Positions 1-8,850 of a stretch of DNA of 49,490 nt are shown here, piece after piece. The notes beneath the pieces were generated by a model. That model saw nothing but the letters and a program-made list of their open reading frames with translations, had not been told where the DNA came from and did no database searches. Source of the DNA: Solirubrobacterales bacterium (GTDB lineage: Bacteria; Actinomycetota; Thermoleophilia; Solirubrobacterales; 70-9); the NCBI GenBank assembly GCA_049796515.1, contig JBAREU010000222.1, forward strand, positions 1 through 49,490, read 5' to 3'. The number at the start of each line of letters is the position of its first letter. Within the stretch, counting starts at the first letter, position 1. Made by a program: the position numbers and the translations under genes.

Positions 1-1
1 G

Positions 2-1357
2 TTCCCGCCCAGCTCGGCGCTGGAGCTGCTGCTGGCGCGCGGCGTGGAGGCGCCGGTGGAGCGCACGCTCGACGCGATGATGACCGGCGGCATCTACGAC
101 CAGATCGGCGGTGGCTTCGCCCGCTACTCGGTCGACGCGGGCTGGCTCGTCCCCCACTTCGAGAAGATGCTCTACGACAACGCCCAGCTCGCGCGTACCT
201 ACCTGCACGGCTGGCAGGCGCTCGGCCACGAGCGCTACCGGCGGGTCTGCGAGGAGACGCTCGACTGGGCGCTGCGCGAGATGCGCGGTCCCGAGGGCGG
301 CTTCTACTCGGCGCTCGACGCCGACTCCGAGGGTGAGGAGGGCCGCTTCTACGTCTGGACACCGAGTGAGATTCGCGCCGTCCTGGGCGACGCCGCAGAG
401 TCGGTCATCGAGCTCTATGGCGTCACCGAGGCGGGCAACTTCGAGGGCCGCAACGTCCTCCACCTGGCCGGCGGCGCGGCGGCCCCCGAGCCGGAGGCGC
501 TCGCCGAATCGAGGCGGAAGCTGTACGAGGCGCGGGCGGAGCGAGAGCGTCCCGGCCTGGACGACAAGCGCCTCACTTCCTGGAACGCGCTGATGCTGGC
601 GGCGCTGGCCGAGGCCGGCGCGGCGCTGGGACGCGCGGACTACCTCGAGGCGGCGCGGGGCTGTGCCGAGTTCGTCCTGCGCGACCTGCGTGACGACGAA
701 GGTCGCCTGCTGCGCACCTACAAGGACGGTGAAGGCCGCCTCAACGGCTACCTCGAGGACCACGCCTTCCTGTTGGAGGCGCTGCTGACGCTGTACGAGG
801 CGACCTTCGAACCGCGCTGGTTCGAGCAGGCGCGGTCACTCGCCGACACCATGATCGCCCGCTTCGGCGACGACGAGCGAGGCGGCTTCTTCTCGACCTC
901 CGACGACCACGAGGAGCTGATCGCCCGCCGCAAGGAGATCGGCGACCACCCGATCCCCTCTGGCAACTCCGCCGCCGCCCTGGGACTGCTGCGACTCGAG
1001 GCGCTAAGCGGCGAGCGCTCCTACGGCGAGTGGGCGGAGGGCGTCCTACGCCTCTTCGCCAAGGCGGCACCGCGTCAGCCCGATGCCTTCGCCCACCTGC
1101 TGCGGGCCCTCGACTTCAAGCTGGCATCGACGAAAGAGGTGGCCCTGATCGGAAACGACGTAGGCGAGCTGGCAGGCATCGTCCGCTCCACCTACCGCCC
1201 ACATCTCGTCCTGGCAGGTGGCCCGGAGGGTGCCGATACGCCCCCTCTGCTCGCCGGCCGCACGCTCGTCGACGGCAAGCCGGCAGCCTACGTCTGCGAG
1301 CACTTCACCTGCAAAGCACCGGTAACCACGCCCGACGCCTTGACGGCCCTTCTCTAG
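2..1357 (+). CDS. Thioredoxin-domain (DUF255/YyaL-like) protein, C-terminal part; 5' end lies outside the window
   Basis: The frame is open from base 2. Motifs HFEKMLYDNAQLARTYL, GGFYSALDADSEGEEGRFYVW and the C-terminal AAYVCEHFTCKAPV are typical of YyaL-type proteins. Confidence 0.8.
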   Translation, partial: FPPSSALELLLARGVEAPVERTLDAMMTGGIYDQIGGGFARYSVDAGWLVPHFEKMLYDNAQLARTYLHGWQALGHERYRRVCEETLDWALREMRGPEGGFYSALDADSEGEEGRFYVWTPSEIRAVLGDAAESVIELYGVTEAGNFEGRNVLHLAGGAAAPEPEALAESRRKLYEARAERERPGLDDKRLTSWNALMLAALAEAGAALGRADYLEAARGCAEFVLRDLRDDEGRLLRTYKDGEGRLNGYLEDHAFLLEALLTLYEATFEPRWFEQARSLADTMIARFGDDERGGFFSTSDDHEELIARRKEIGDHPIPSGNSAAALGLLRLEALSGERSYGEWAEGVLRLFAKAAPRQPDAFAHLLRALDFKLASTKEVALIGNDVGELAGIVRSTYRPHLVLAGGPEGADTPPLLAGRTLVDGKPAAYVCEHFTCKAPVTTPDALTALL

Positions 1358-1475
1358 CTCCTCTCCCGCGGGTGGCACGGCGGCGGGGGTCCCCCATAGC
1401 GGAGGGCGCGCGAAGCGCGTCCGAGCACATGGGGGAGGGCCGCCGTGACAGGACCCGCGCGCCGACAGCAACCGT

Positions 1476-3983
1476 TTGCAAGTATGCGTCGGAGTGCGTG
1501 GCTCACTGTTCACCTTCGCCGCCGGTCGCCGCACGAAGTGGATCGTCTTCGCGATCTGGTTCCTGGCGATCTTCATCGCCGCCGGCCCCGCCAACCTTCC
1601 CGGCAAGTTTGAAGACGCCGAAAGCAACGAGGCGACCTCCTACCTGCCCGGCTCAGCCGAATCGACCGACGCGCTCGATGCAGTCGAAGAGCTGCAGGAC
1701 GGCGAACTCGCCCCAGCGGTAATCGTCTACCGGCGCGAGTCCGGCCTCACCCCAGCCGATCGCCGCACGATCGTCGAAGACGTCGAAGCGATGACGAAAG
1801 AGCGCTTCCCCGGCGTCGTCGCCGACGGCGAAACGGCAGCCGCGGGCGGCAACAAGTCGAATGACTCGCAGGCCAAAGCGGCGACGCCTGCCGGGGCACC
1901 TGGCTGCGGCACGCCCACGACGACCATCCCGGGTCAGCCAGCCGACTACGCCCCCTTCGTCGGTCCGGTCTGCTCGCAGGACGGCAAAGCGGCGATCGTC
2001 ACCGCCTACATCGCCGGCAATGGCGAGGGCGACCGCATCCTCGACCCGGTCAAGGCCTGGCGCGACGAGATCTCCGACCCCGGTGGCGGCCTCGAGGTGA
2101 AGATCACCGGTGGCGCCGGCTTCTCGGCCGACGCGATCGAAGTCTTCGAAAGCATCGACGCCACGTTGCTGCTGGCAGCGCTCAGCCTGGTCATCTTCCT
2201 GCTGATCCTCATCTACCGCTCGCCGTTCTTCTTCCTCATCCCGTTGGCGGCGGTGATCTTCGCCGAGACCCTCTCGCGCTCGATCGGCTACGGCGTCTCG
2301 GAGCTGGGCGTGACGATCAACGGCCAGTCGAGCTCGATCATGTCGGTGTTAGTCCTTGGCGCCGGCACCGACTACGCCCTGCTGCTCGTCGCCCGCTACC
2401 GCGAGGAGCTCCACCTCACCGAAGACAGGCACGAGGCGATGCGCACGGCGCTGGCCTCCGCCGGGCCGGCGATCTTCGCCTCGGCAGCGACCGTGATCGC
2501 GGCGCTGCTCTGCCTGACGCTGGCCAAGGTCAACGGCACCGCCGGCCTCGGCCCGATCGCTGCGATCGGCATCGCCTGCGCCGCGCTCTCGATGCTCACC
2601 CTGCTGCCAGCACTGCTGACGATCTTCGGCCGGCGCGCCTTCTGGCCCTTCGTCCCGCACACTGCACAGACCGCCCCCACCGCAGAGGACATCTCCGAGC
2701 GGGCGCGGCATCGCATCGTCGAAGGCGGCGCCATGGGCGCCCTCACCCGCGTCATCGTCGGCTGCCTGCTGGTGCTCATCCTGTTGCCCTTGGTCCTGCT
2801 CAACTGGGTCCTGCGCCGCCTCAGCGGCCGCCGCATCCCCTCGCTGATCGTCGGTCCGCTCGACCGCGCGATCTTCACCCCCTACGAGGTGCGGCGCCAC
2901 AGGCTCGAGCACGCCGCCGATGCTACCCACGGCTTCTGGAAACGAGTCGGCGACCGGGTCGCCGCCGGCCCGCAGCGGGTGATGCTCGGCGCGATCGCGG
3001 TGCTGCTGATCTTCTGCGGCGGCTTCGCCTTCTTCTCGACCGAACTGACGGCCGAAGACAGCTACCGCACCGAAGTCGAATCGGTCGAAGGCCAGCACCT
3101 GCTCGACCGGAGCTTCCCCTCGGGCGCGACCGGGCTGACCGACATCGTCGTCACCGAACCGGCCGAGCTCGAGCTCGTGCGCAAAGAGGCCTCCCGGGTC
3201 GAAGGCGTCGAGTCGGTCTCGCCCCCGGTGGCGAGGGGCCCGGAGGGCATCCTCGTCCAGGCGACGCTGGAACCCAACCCGTACTCGACCGAGGCATTCG
3301 ACCTGATCGAGCCGATCCGCGAAGCGGTCCACGAAGTCGCGCCGGGGACGCTCGTCGGGGGCCCCAGCGCGATCGAATTCGACGTTCGCGACGCGGCCGC
3401 CCGCGACTCGCTCGTGATCCCGCCGATCGTCCTCGTCGTCGTCTTCCTGATCCTGATCGGCCTGCTGCGCGCGGTCGTCGCGCCGCTGGTCCTGATCGGC
3501 ACGGTGATCCTCAGCTTCCTCGCCGCCCTCGGCGTCGGCTACTTCGCCTTCGACGTGATCTTCGGCTTCCCGGGGTCCGACCCCTCGCTGCCGCTCTTCG
3601 CCTTCGTCTTCCTCGTCGCCTTGGGGGTCGACTACAACATCTTCCTGATCGCCCGTGCCCGTGAGGAGACGGTCCAGCACGGCTCTAAACAGGGCATCCT
3701 GCGTGCCCTCGCCGTCACCGGTGCGGTCATCACCAGCGCCGGCATCGTCCTCGCCGGTACCTTCTCGGTGCTCGGCAGCCTGCCGCTCACCTTCCTCACC
3801 GAGATCGGCTTCGTAGTCGCCTTCGGCGTCCTCCTCGACACCTTCCTGGTCCGCAGCATCCTCGTCCCCGCAATCGCCCTGACGCTAGGCGACAAGTTCT
3901 GGTGGCCGTCTTCGCTCTCGAGGCCCGACAGGGAGGTCCCAGCTAAAGCACCGGCAGAAAGTTCTCTATCTCGTACGGGGTGA
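1476..3983 (+). CDS. MMPL-family (RND superfamily) membrane transporter
   Basis: 835-aa ORF with two hydrophobic multi-helix blocks separated by soluble domains. Motifs GAGTDYALLLVARYREEL and LGVDYNIFLIARAREE are duplicated MMPL signatures. The exact start (TTG 1476 or later) is uncertain. Confidence 0.85.
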   Translation: MQVCVGVRGSLFTFAAGRRTKWIVFAIWFLAIFIAAGPANLPGKFEDAESNEATSYLPGSAESTDALDAVEELQDGELAPAVIVYRRESGLTPADRRTIVEDVEAMTKERFPGVVADGETAAAGGNKSNDSQAKAATPAGAPGCGTPTTTIPGQPADYAPFVGPVCSQDGKAAIVTAYIAGNGEGDRILDPVKAWRDEISDPGGGLEVKITGGAGFSADAIEVFESIDATLLLAALSLVIFLLILIYRSPFFFLIPLAAVIFAETLSRSIGYGVSELGVTINGQSSSIMSVLVLGAGTDYALLLVARYREELHLTEDRHEAMRTALASAGPAIFASAATVIAALLCLTLAKVNGTAGLGPIAAIGIACAALSMLTLLPALLTIFGRRAFWPFVPHTAQTAPTAEDISERARHRIVEGGAMGALTRVIVGCLLVLILLPLVLLNWVLRRLSGRRIPSLIVGPLDRAIFTPYEVRRHRLEHAADATHGFWKRVGDRVAAGPQRVMLGAIAVLLIFCGGFAFFSTELTAEDSYRTEVESVEGQHLLDRSFPSGATGLTDIVVTEPAELELVRKEASRVEGVESVSPPVARGPEGILVQATLEPNPYSTEAFDLIEPIREAVHEVAPGTLVGGPSAIEFDVRDAAARDSLVIPPIVLVVVFLILIGLLRAVVAPLVLIGTVILSFLAALGVGYFAFDVIFGFPGSDPSLPLFAFVFLVALGVDYNIFLIARAREETVQHGSKQGILRALAVTGAVITSAGIVLAGTFSVLGSLPLTFLTEIGFVVAFGVLLDTFLVRSILVPAIALTLGDKFWWPSSLSRPDREVPAKAPAESSLSRTG

Positions 3984-5295
3984 CCTGGACGCGGTAGTCA
4001 TCCCATTCCTGCCGCTTGATCTCGATGAAGCGGCGGAAGGTGTGCTCTCCCAGGGTGCGCAGCACCAGCTCGGAGTCGGCAGCGATGTCGATCGCCTCGC
4101 CGAGCGTCTCCGGCAGCTGCTCGATGCCGCGCTGAGAGCGCTCCTCGGGTGAGAGGTGGTAGAGGTTCTGCTCCATCGGCTCGGGCAGCTCATAGCCCTT
4201 CTCGATCCCCTCCAGGCCCGCCTGCAGCATGCCGGCGAAGCAGAGGTAGGGATTGCAGGCGGGGTCCGGACAGCGCAGCTCGGCCCGCGTCGCACCCTCC
4301 TTGCCGGGGTGGTAGAGAGGCACCCGGATCAACGCCGAGCGATTACGGCGCGACCAGGCCAGGTAGACCGGCGCCTCGTAGCCGGGGACGAGCCGCTTGT
4401 AGGAGTTGACCCACTGGGCGAAGAGCGGCGAGATCTCGCGCGCGTGGCGAAGCTGGCCGGCGATGAAGGCCTTCGCCGTGGCGGAGAGGTAGTACTGGTC
4501 GTCGGGATCGAAGAAAGCGTTTTTGCCGTCTTTAGCCAGCGACTGGTGGACGTGCATGCCGGAGCCGTTCTCGCCGAAGAGCGGCTTCGGCATGAAGGTC
4601 GCGTGCCAGCCGTATTTCATCGCGTACTCCTTGACGACGATGCGGTAGGTCATGCAGTCGTCCGACATCTGCAGCGCGTCCTTGTAGCGCATGTCGACCT
4701 CGTGCTGGGAGGGGCCGACCTCGTGGTGGGTGTACTCGACGTGGATGCCCATCTTCTCCAACGCCAGGACGGTGTCGCGGCGCACGTCGGAGCCGGCGTC
4801 GAGCGTGGTCAGGTCGAAGTAACCGCCATCGTCGAGGACCTCGGGCACACCGCTCTCGGGCTTGGCCGAGCGGAAGTAGAAGAACTCCAGCTCGGGGCCG
4901 ATGTTGTAGGCGTCGAAGCCGAGGTCCTCGGCGCGTTTGAGCGCCCGTCGCATGATCCAACGCGGGTCGCCCTCGTAGGGGTCGCCGCCGGGGACGCGGA
5001 CGTCGCAGAACATGCGAGCGACCGCGTTCTCCTCTTCCGGGCGCCAGGGGATGAGAGCGAAGGTCGAGGGATCCGGCATTGCGATCATGTCCGACTCCTC
5101 GATCGGATTGAAGCCGGTGATCGAGGAACCGTCGAAGCCCATGCCGCCCTCGAGGGCGTCCTCGAGTTCGGAGGAGTTGATCGAGAAGCTCTTCAGCTGG
5201 CCGAGCACGTCGGTGAACCAGAGGCGGATGAAGCGGACATCGCGCTCCTTGACGATCTCGGCTACATCAGCGGCACTCGTTGGTTGCTCTGCCAT
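3943..5295 (-). CDS. glnA: Glutamine synthetase, type I (GlnA2-like)
   Basis: 450-aa ORF. N-terminus RFIRLWFTDVLGQLKSFSI...GMGFDGSSITGF, plus NGSGMHVHQSL and the C-terminal YEIENFLPVL. A GAAGGAGG Shine-Dalgarno lies upstream of ATG 5295. Confidence 0.9.
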   Translation of the reverse strand: MAEQPTSAADVAEIVKERDVRFIRLWFTDVLGQLKSFSINSSELEDALEGGMGFDGSSITGFNPIEESDMIAMPDPSTFALIPWRPEEENAVARMFCDVRVPGGDPYEGDPRWIMRRALKRAEDLGFDAYNIGPELEFFYFRSAKPESGVPEVLDDGGYFDLTTLDAGSDVRRDTVLALEKMGIHVEYTHHEVGPSQHEVDMRYKDALQMSDDCMTYRIVVKEYAMKYGWHATFMPKPLFGENGSGMHVHQSLAKDGKNAFFDPDDQYYLSATAKAFIAGQLRHAREISPLFAQWVNSYKRLVPGYEAPVYLAWSRRNRSALIRVPLYHPGKEGATRAELRCPDPACNPYLCFAGMLQAGLEGIEKGYELPEPMEQNLYHLSPEERSQRGIEQLPETLGEAIDIAADSELVLRTLGEHTFRRFIEIKRQEWDDYRVQVTPYEIENFLPVL

Positions 5296-5417
5296 CCCGG
5301 CCTCCTTCGCTCTTGCCCACGCAGTGGGGGCAAAGATAGGCGAAGTGGTGCAAGACGGGGCATTACGGGTATGTGACGCTCGTCGCGGAGGGTTGCGAGA
5401 GCGTCCGGAACTCGGTA

Positions 5418-5438
5418 TAACTTACTTCGCGTAAGTTA
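5418..5438. promoter_or_regulatory. Perfect 8-bp inverted repeat (TAACTTAC-N5-GTAAGTTA) in the AT-rich glnA/CMD divergent intergenic region; candidate operator
   Basis: Read directly from the sequence. Three TAAAG direct repeats follow at about 5444-5458. The region is markedly AT-rich in a high-G+C background. Confidence 0.35.
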
Positions 5439-5510
5439 ATGGCTTAAAGTAAAGTAAAGGCCAAATAAAGGCTCTGTGAAGCGGATTTTCGCCATCGAGC
5501 CAAAGGCGGG

Positions 5511-6083
5511 ATGCAAGTGACGGTAAAAACGGCAGTAAGCAGATTCCAGATCCACGACGAGTTAACGGCCCCCGACGAGAGTGCTCCCCTGATCAAGAGC
5601 ATCCAGGCGGCCGGCGGCGCGGTGACCAAGTTCGTCGGCGTCCTCGCCGGCGCTCCCGCAGTGCTGCGCGCTTACACCCGGATGCGCTCGGAGCTGCGCG
5701 GCGGCGTCCTGCCGCTGGCGACCCGCGAGCGGATCGCCTTGGCGGTCGCCGAGCACAGGCACGACTCCTACAGCATCGCCCAGCACGCGAAGTCGGCGCG
5801 GCGCGCCGGCCTCGGCCTCGATGAGGTCTCGCGGGCTCGCAGCTTCGACTCGGGCGACCCCAAGGAGGCGGCGCTGCTCGAGTACCTGAAGGCGACGCTC
5901 GAAGCCGACGACGTTCCCCCTCACTACCTTCACGAGGAAGCGCGGGAGATCGGCTGGAGCGACGAGGAGTTGCTCGAGGCCGTCGCGCACCTGGCGCTCA
6001 ACGAGTTCCAGAGCCTGATCGCCAGCGCGGCTGCGCTGCCGAAAGATCAGGCGACCCCCGAAGTGCTCCCCTCGGCCGCGTAG
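5511..6083 (+). CDS. Carboxymuconolactone decarboxylase (AhpD-like) family protein
   Basis: 190-aa ORF. The segment RERIALAVAEHRHDSYSIAQHAKSARRAGL resembles the CMD/AhpD core helix pair. Confidence 0.6.
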   Translation: MQVTVKTAVSRFQIHDELTAPDESAPLIKSIQAAGGAVTKFVGVLAGAPAVLRAYTRMRSELRGGVLPLATRERIALAVAEHRHDSYSIAQHAKSARRAGLGLDEVSRARSFDSGDPKEAALLEYLKATLEADDVPPHYLHEEAREIGWSDEELLEAVAHLALNEFQSLIASAAALPKDQATPEVLPSAA

Positions 6084-6094
6084 GCGGCCGAGGG
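6069..6094. terminator. Bidirectional hairpin between convergent genes (11-bp stem, GTAG loop)
   Basis: CCCTCGGCCGC-GTAG-GCGGCCGAGGG is a perfect stem. It embeds the TAG stop at 6081-6083 and ends 2 nt before the stop of the convergent gene (6096). Confidence 0.5.
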
Positions 6095-6095
6095 C

Positions 6096-6824
6096 TCAGT
6101 CCTCTACGACCGTCGCGGTGTAGAGCAGGCGGGCGGTGGAGTAGCGGCAGCCGTAAGTGGCTCGCTGGCCCACCTTTTCCTGGGCTTTGCCCTGGCGGAT
6201 GGCGGTTGAGTTCGTGCACGCTTCCGGTTCGCGGCTGGCTCGCCAGGCGTTCTGCGCTGCAAGGTCCTGGGCGAAGGCCGGGGCCCAGGTCGGGATGGTG
6301 AGCCCGACTATGTCGCCCTTTTCCACTTTCAGCGAAGCACCGAACTTGACCGTCTGGCCCAGATAGGGGCTGAGCACGTGGATCGAGCCCTGGCGGCGCA
6401 GGTTGTAGCGCGGCGGGTTGGTGCCGGGGACGCGGCGCAGGATCGCCAGCCGCGCCTGCGGCGGGGTGCCGAAGAAGCCGTTGAAGAAGGAACGCTGCTG
6501 GCTGGTCGGCTCCGCCAGGGTCAGCGTCCAGGCCTTCACCTTGCCGTCCCTGCGCACCCGGAAGGGCAAGCTGCCTTGCTCGGTGCTGACCTGGAAGCCG
6601 GTGACGCTGCCAACCGCTTGGCAAGGCAGCTCGGGACACGACGGATCGGGCACGGTGGCGGTGCTGCCGAGCACGACCGTGGTGCGCGAGCTCGTCGCCG
6701 CGCCGGCGCCCGCGGACAGCGCAACCAGGACGATGAGACAGGCGGACAGCCCGGTCGCGATCGCGATCCGGCGGCGCGCGACGATCCAATCGGCGACACC
6801 AGCTCTCAGGGAAAACCTCGACAT
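6096..6824 (-). CDS. Hypothetical exported protein
   Basis: 242-aa ORF with an N-terminal signal/TM segment RRRIAIATGLSACLIVLVALSAGAGAA. No recognisable domain. Confidence 0.6.
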   Translation of the reverse strand: MSRFSLRAGVADWIVARRRIAIATGLSACLIVLVALSAGAGAATSSRTTVVLGSTATVPDPSCPELPCQAVGSVTGFQVSTEQGSLPFRVRRDGKVKAWTLTLAEPTSQQRSFFNGFFGTPPQARLAILRRVPGTNPPRYNLRRQGSIHVLSPYLGQTVKFGASLKVEKGDIVGLTIPTWAPAFAQDLAAQNAWRASREPEACTNSTAIRQGKAQEKVGQRATYGCRYSTARLLYTATVVED

Positions 6825-6846
6825 TGCCCGCTCCTCTCTAGGGAAA

Positions 6847-6865
6847 TTCCCGCTACGAGCGGGAA
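6847..6865 (-). terminator. Hairpin downstream of the RlpA-like gene
   Basis: TTCCCGCT-ACG-AGCGGGAA, an 8-bp perfect stem, followed on the minus strand by TTTCCC. Confidence 0.35.
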
Positions 6866-6887
6866 AGACTAGCCAGAGCCGCGGCTG

Positions 6888-7382
6888 TCAGCGAGCAGCC
6901 TGGCGCACCGCACGGGAGCTTCGTGCGTATTCGAGCGAGACGGCGAAGCCGACGAGATCGGCCCCGACTTGGTCGAAGCCCAGCGCACGAGCGGCTGCAT
7001 GGGTCAGATCCCAGGCATTGCCGAGGCTGTAGGGGCCGCGATCGATCACCCTGGTGACGATCGCGCGGCCGCGGTAGATGAACCTCACCGCGGTACCGCA
7101 CGGCAGGTTGCGGTGGGCGACGCCGAGGGTCTGCGGGCGCAGCACCTGACCGCAGGCGGTGCTGTTGCCGTAGAGGCCAGGGCCGTACCAGGTCGCGCCA
7201 GCCCAGCGCAGCGGCGCGAAGGCGAGGTCGCTGCCGGTGCTGGCTTCGCTCGCGGCGAGCGTCGAGGCACCGCCGGTGGCTGCCTGGGCAGGCGTGGCGC
7301 CGAGCGCAAGCGTCGCTGCGACCAACAGCAGGGCCGCTTGGAAATGATCTTTCCGCCAGGGGCGGTTCGCGTCTCGCTTCAT
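6888..7382 (-). CDS. RlpA-like double-psi beta-barrel (DPBB) domain secreted cell-wall protein
   Basis: Signal peptide AALLLVAATLALGATPAQA. Motif block ATWYGPGLYGNSTACGQVL...LPCGTAVRFIYRGRAIVTRVIDRGP is typical of the RlpA/3D-type DPBB fold. Confidence 0.75.
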   Translation of the reverse strand: MKRDANRPWRKDHFQAALLLVAATLALGATPAQAATGGASTLAASEASTGSDLAFAPLRWAGATWYGPGLYGNSTACGQVLRPQTLGVAHRNLPCGTAVRFIYRGRAIVTRVIDRGPYSLGNAWDLTHAAARALGFDQVGADLVGFAVSLEYARSSRAVRQAAR

Positions 7383-7387
7383 GCTCT

Positions 7388-7510
7388 TTCGAAGCGCTTA
7401 CGGGGTTAGCTGACGGACTCGCGCTGAAAGAGCTGCGCTACGCGGCAGATGCCGGCGATTCGCCCCAACTCGTGGGTCCCCCGCTCTCCGCGGTATGTAG
7501 GCGGAGATTC
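7388..7510 (-). promoter_or_regulatory. c-di-AMP riboswitch (ydaO/yuaA class) in the leader of the RlpA-like gene
   Basis: The minus strand reads ...GAGAGCGGGGGACCCACGAGTTGGGGCGAATCGCC...GAGTCCGTCAGCTAACCCCGTAAGCGCTTCGAAAGAGC-ATG. The blocks AGCGGGGGACCCA, GGGGYGAAUC and UCCGUCAGCUAACCYCGUAAGCG match my recollection of the conserved ydaO cores. The element abuts the start codon. Confidence 0.8.
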
Positions 7511-7565
7511 AGCAGAAGTTGGCGGCACGTTAGCAAACGCTAAGACAGAAAAATGTGGAGAGGTT

Positions 7566-7598
7566 GAGAAGGCCCCCGCGGTACGAGGGGGCCTTCTC
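7566..7598 (-). terminator. Hairpin immediately 3' of RNase P RNA
   Basis: GAGAAGGCCCCC-GCGGTACGA-GGGGGCCTTCTC, a 12-bp perfect stem. A T-run (CACATTTTTCTG) follows on the minus strand about 12 nt downstream. Confidence 0.55.
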
Positions 7599-7970
7599 TC
7601 AGCGGGCCTGTAAGCCGGATCCTGTCGTGAGCGACCATCTATCTCACCGGAACCGCAGTCCCGGGGGCCGCCGAAGCGGCCTGCGGCCTACCTGGATCTC
7701 GCCGGGCAGGGTCGACGATCCTGTTTGGCCTTGCACCGGGCGGGGTTTGCCTGGCCGCCGCGTCACCGCGGCGCCGGTGCGCTCTTACCGCACCATTTCA
7801 CCTTTGCCTGTACGCGGCTCACGTGTGGCCGCGCCATCGGCCGTGTGTTTCTGTGGCACTTTCCCGCGGGTTTCCCCGGGTGGGCGTTACCCACCGCCCT
7901 CGCCCTGTGGTGTCCGGACTTTCCTCGAGGGGTTTTCTCTCCCCCCGCAGTCGCTCGGCCCGCTCCCCGA
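7599..7970 (-). ncRNA. rnpB: RNase P RNA, bacterial type A
   Basis: The minus strand contains the universal P4 core GAGGAAAGTCCGGAC (rc of 7913-7927) and the 3' signature ACAGGATCCGGCTTACAGGCCCGCT. P1 pairs between AGCGGGCC (5') and GGCCCGCT (3'). Ends are approximate, within about 5 nt. Confidence 0.9.
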
Positions 7971-8025
7971 TGGTAGCGCGCACCAGGCACGCTCGCGACA
8001 ATTGCATCGAATACCCTGCCCAACC

Positions 8026-8850
8026 ATGCCAGTTGCGGTCGTCACCGGAGCGGGCGGTGGGCTCGGGCGTGCGATCGCGCTCGATCTCGCCAGCCGCGGC
8101 TACCTGATCCAGGCAACCGACGTCGACGCCGAAGCCGCGGCCGCGACGGCGGCTGAGATCGGTGCGGGAGCCACGGCGTCGGAGCTCGACGTCAGCGACG
8201 GCGAGGCATGTCGCGCCACTGCAGCCGCGGCCACGACGCGTGGTGGATCGCTCGACCTCTGGGTGAACAACGCCGGCGTCCTCGTCACTGGCCAATCCTG
8301 GGAGCAGAACGAAGCGACGCGCAAGACGATGCTCGACGTCAACGCGCTCGGCACGATGAACGGCACCATCGCCGCCCTGGAGAAGATGCTGCCCGCAGGC
8401 CGCGGTCACGTGGTCAACGTGATCTCGCTGGCCGGCCTGGTGGCGGCGCCGGGGGAGGTCAGCTACTCGGCCAGCAAGCACGCGGCGATGGCCTTCACCA
8501 TCGGCACCCTCTTCGACCTGCGCCGCTCCGGCGTGTCCGGCGTGCAGCTCTCGGCCGTCTGCCCGGACGGCATCTGGACGCCGATGCTCGAAGACAAACT
8601 CGACGACCCGGCGGCGGCGGGGTCCTTCTCCGGTCAACTGCTCACCCCCGGGGAGGTGGCGATCGAGGTCGGCAAGCTAACCGAACGGCCGCGGCCGCTA
8701 CTCGTGCTGCCCCGCTGGCGCGGCCCTGTGCTGCGCCTCTTCGACATCTTCCCCCGCTTCGCCCTACGTCTCCTGCCCCTGGTGATGCGCGACGCACGGC
8801 GCCGCCAGCGCCGCTACAAACGCCTCATCGAATCCGGCCGCTGGCCCTGA
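8026..8850 (+). CDS. Short-chain dehydrogenase/reductase (SDR) family oxidoreductase
   Basis: Starts at the internal ATG 8026 (MPVAVVTGAGGGLGRAIAL, TGxxxGxG Rossmann motif). Catalytic YSASK is present. The upstream part of the 7555 ORF overlaps rnpB and is rejected. Confidence 0.85.
   Translation: MPVAVVTGAGGGLGRAIALDLASRGYLIQATDVDAEAAAATAAEIGAGATASELDVSDGEACRATAAAATTRGGSLDLWVNNAGVLVTGQSWEQNEATRKTMLDVNALGTMNGTIAALEKMLPAGRGHVVNVISLAGLVAAPGEVSYSASKHAAMAFTIGTLFDLRRSGVSGVQLSAVCPDGIWTPMLEDKLDDPAAAGSFSGQLLTPGEVAIEVGKLTERPRPLLVLPRWRGPVLRLFDIFPRFALRLLPLVMRDARRRQRRYKRLIESGRWP

Noticed and set aside
806-830. TTCGAAC-CGCGCTG-GTTCGA palindrome resembling an SOS box
   Set aside because: The spacer is 7 nt rather than 4, and it lies inside the YyaL-like coding region.
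1404-1422. GGGCGCGC-GAA-GCGCGTCC hairpin after the YyaL-like gene as a terminator
   Set aside because: The stem is present but there is no T-tract and nothing else to support the call. Not reported as a feature.
2349-3680. Long antisense or alternative-frame ORFs. Examples: 2349-3680 (-), 4156-5376 (+), 8208-9545 (+), 9680-11263 (+), 9714-11162 (-), 29157-30299 (-), 43713-44855 (+), 47611-48765 (+), and most of 47354-48463 (-)
   Set aside because: They are typical high-G+C artefacts, with Arg/Pro/Gly/Ala-rich translations and no motifs. Each is fully overlapped by an ORF with clear family signatures.
7555-8025. N-terminal 157 codons of the 431-aa + strand ORF
   Set aside because: It overlaps the RNase P RNA gene on the opposite strand. 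The translation is low-complexity P/R/G-rich. A canonical SDR N-terminus with ATG starts at 8026.
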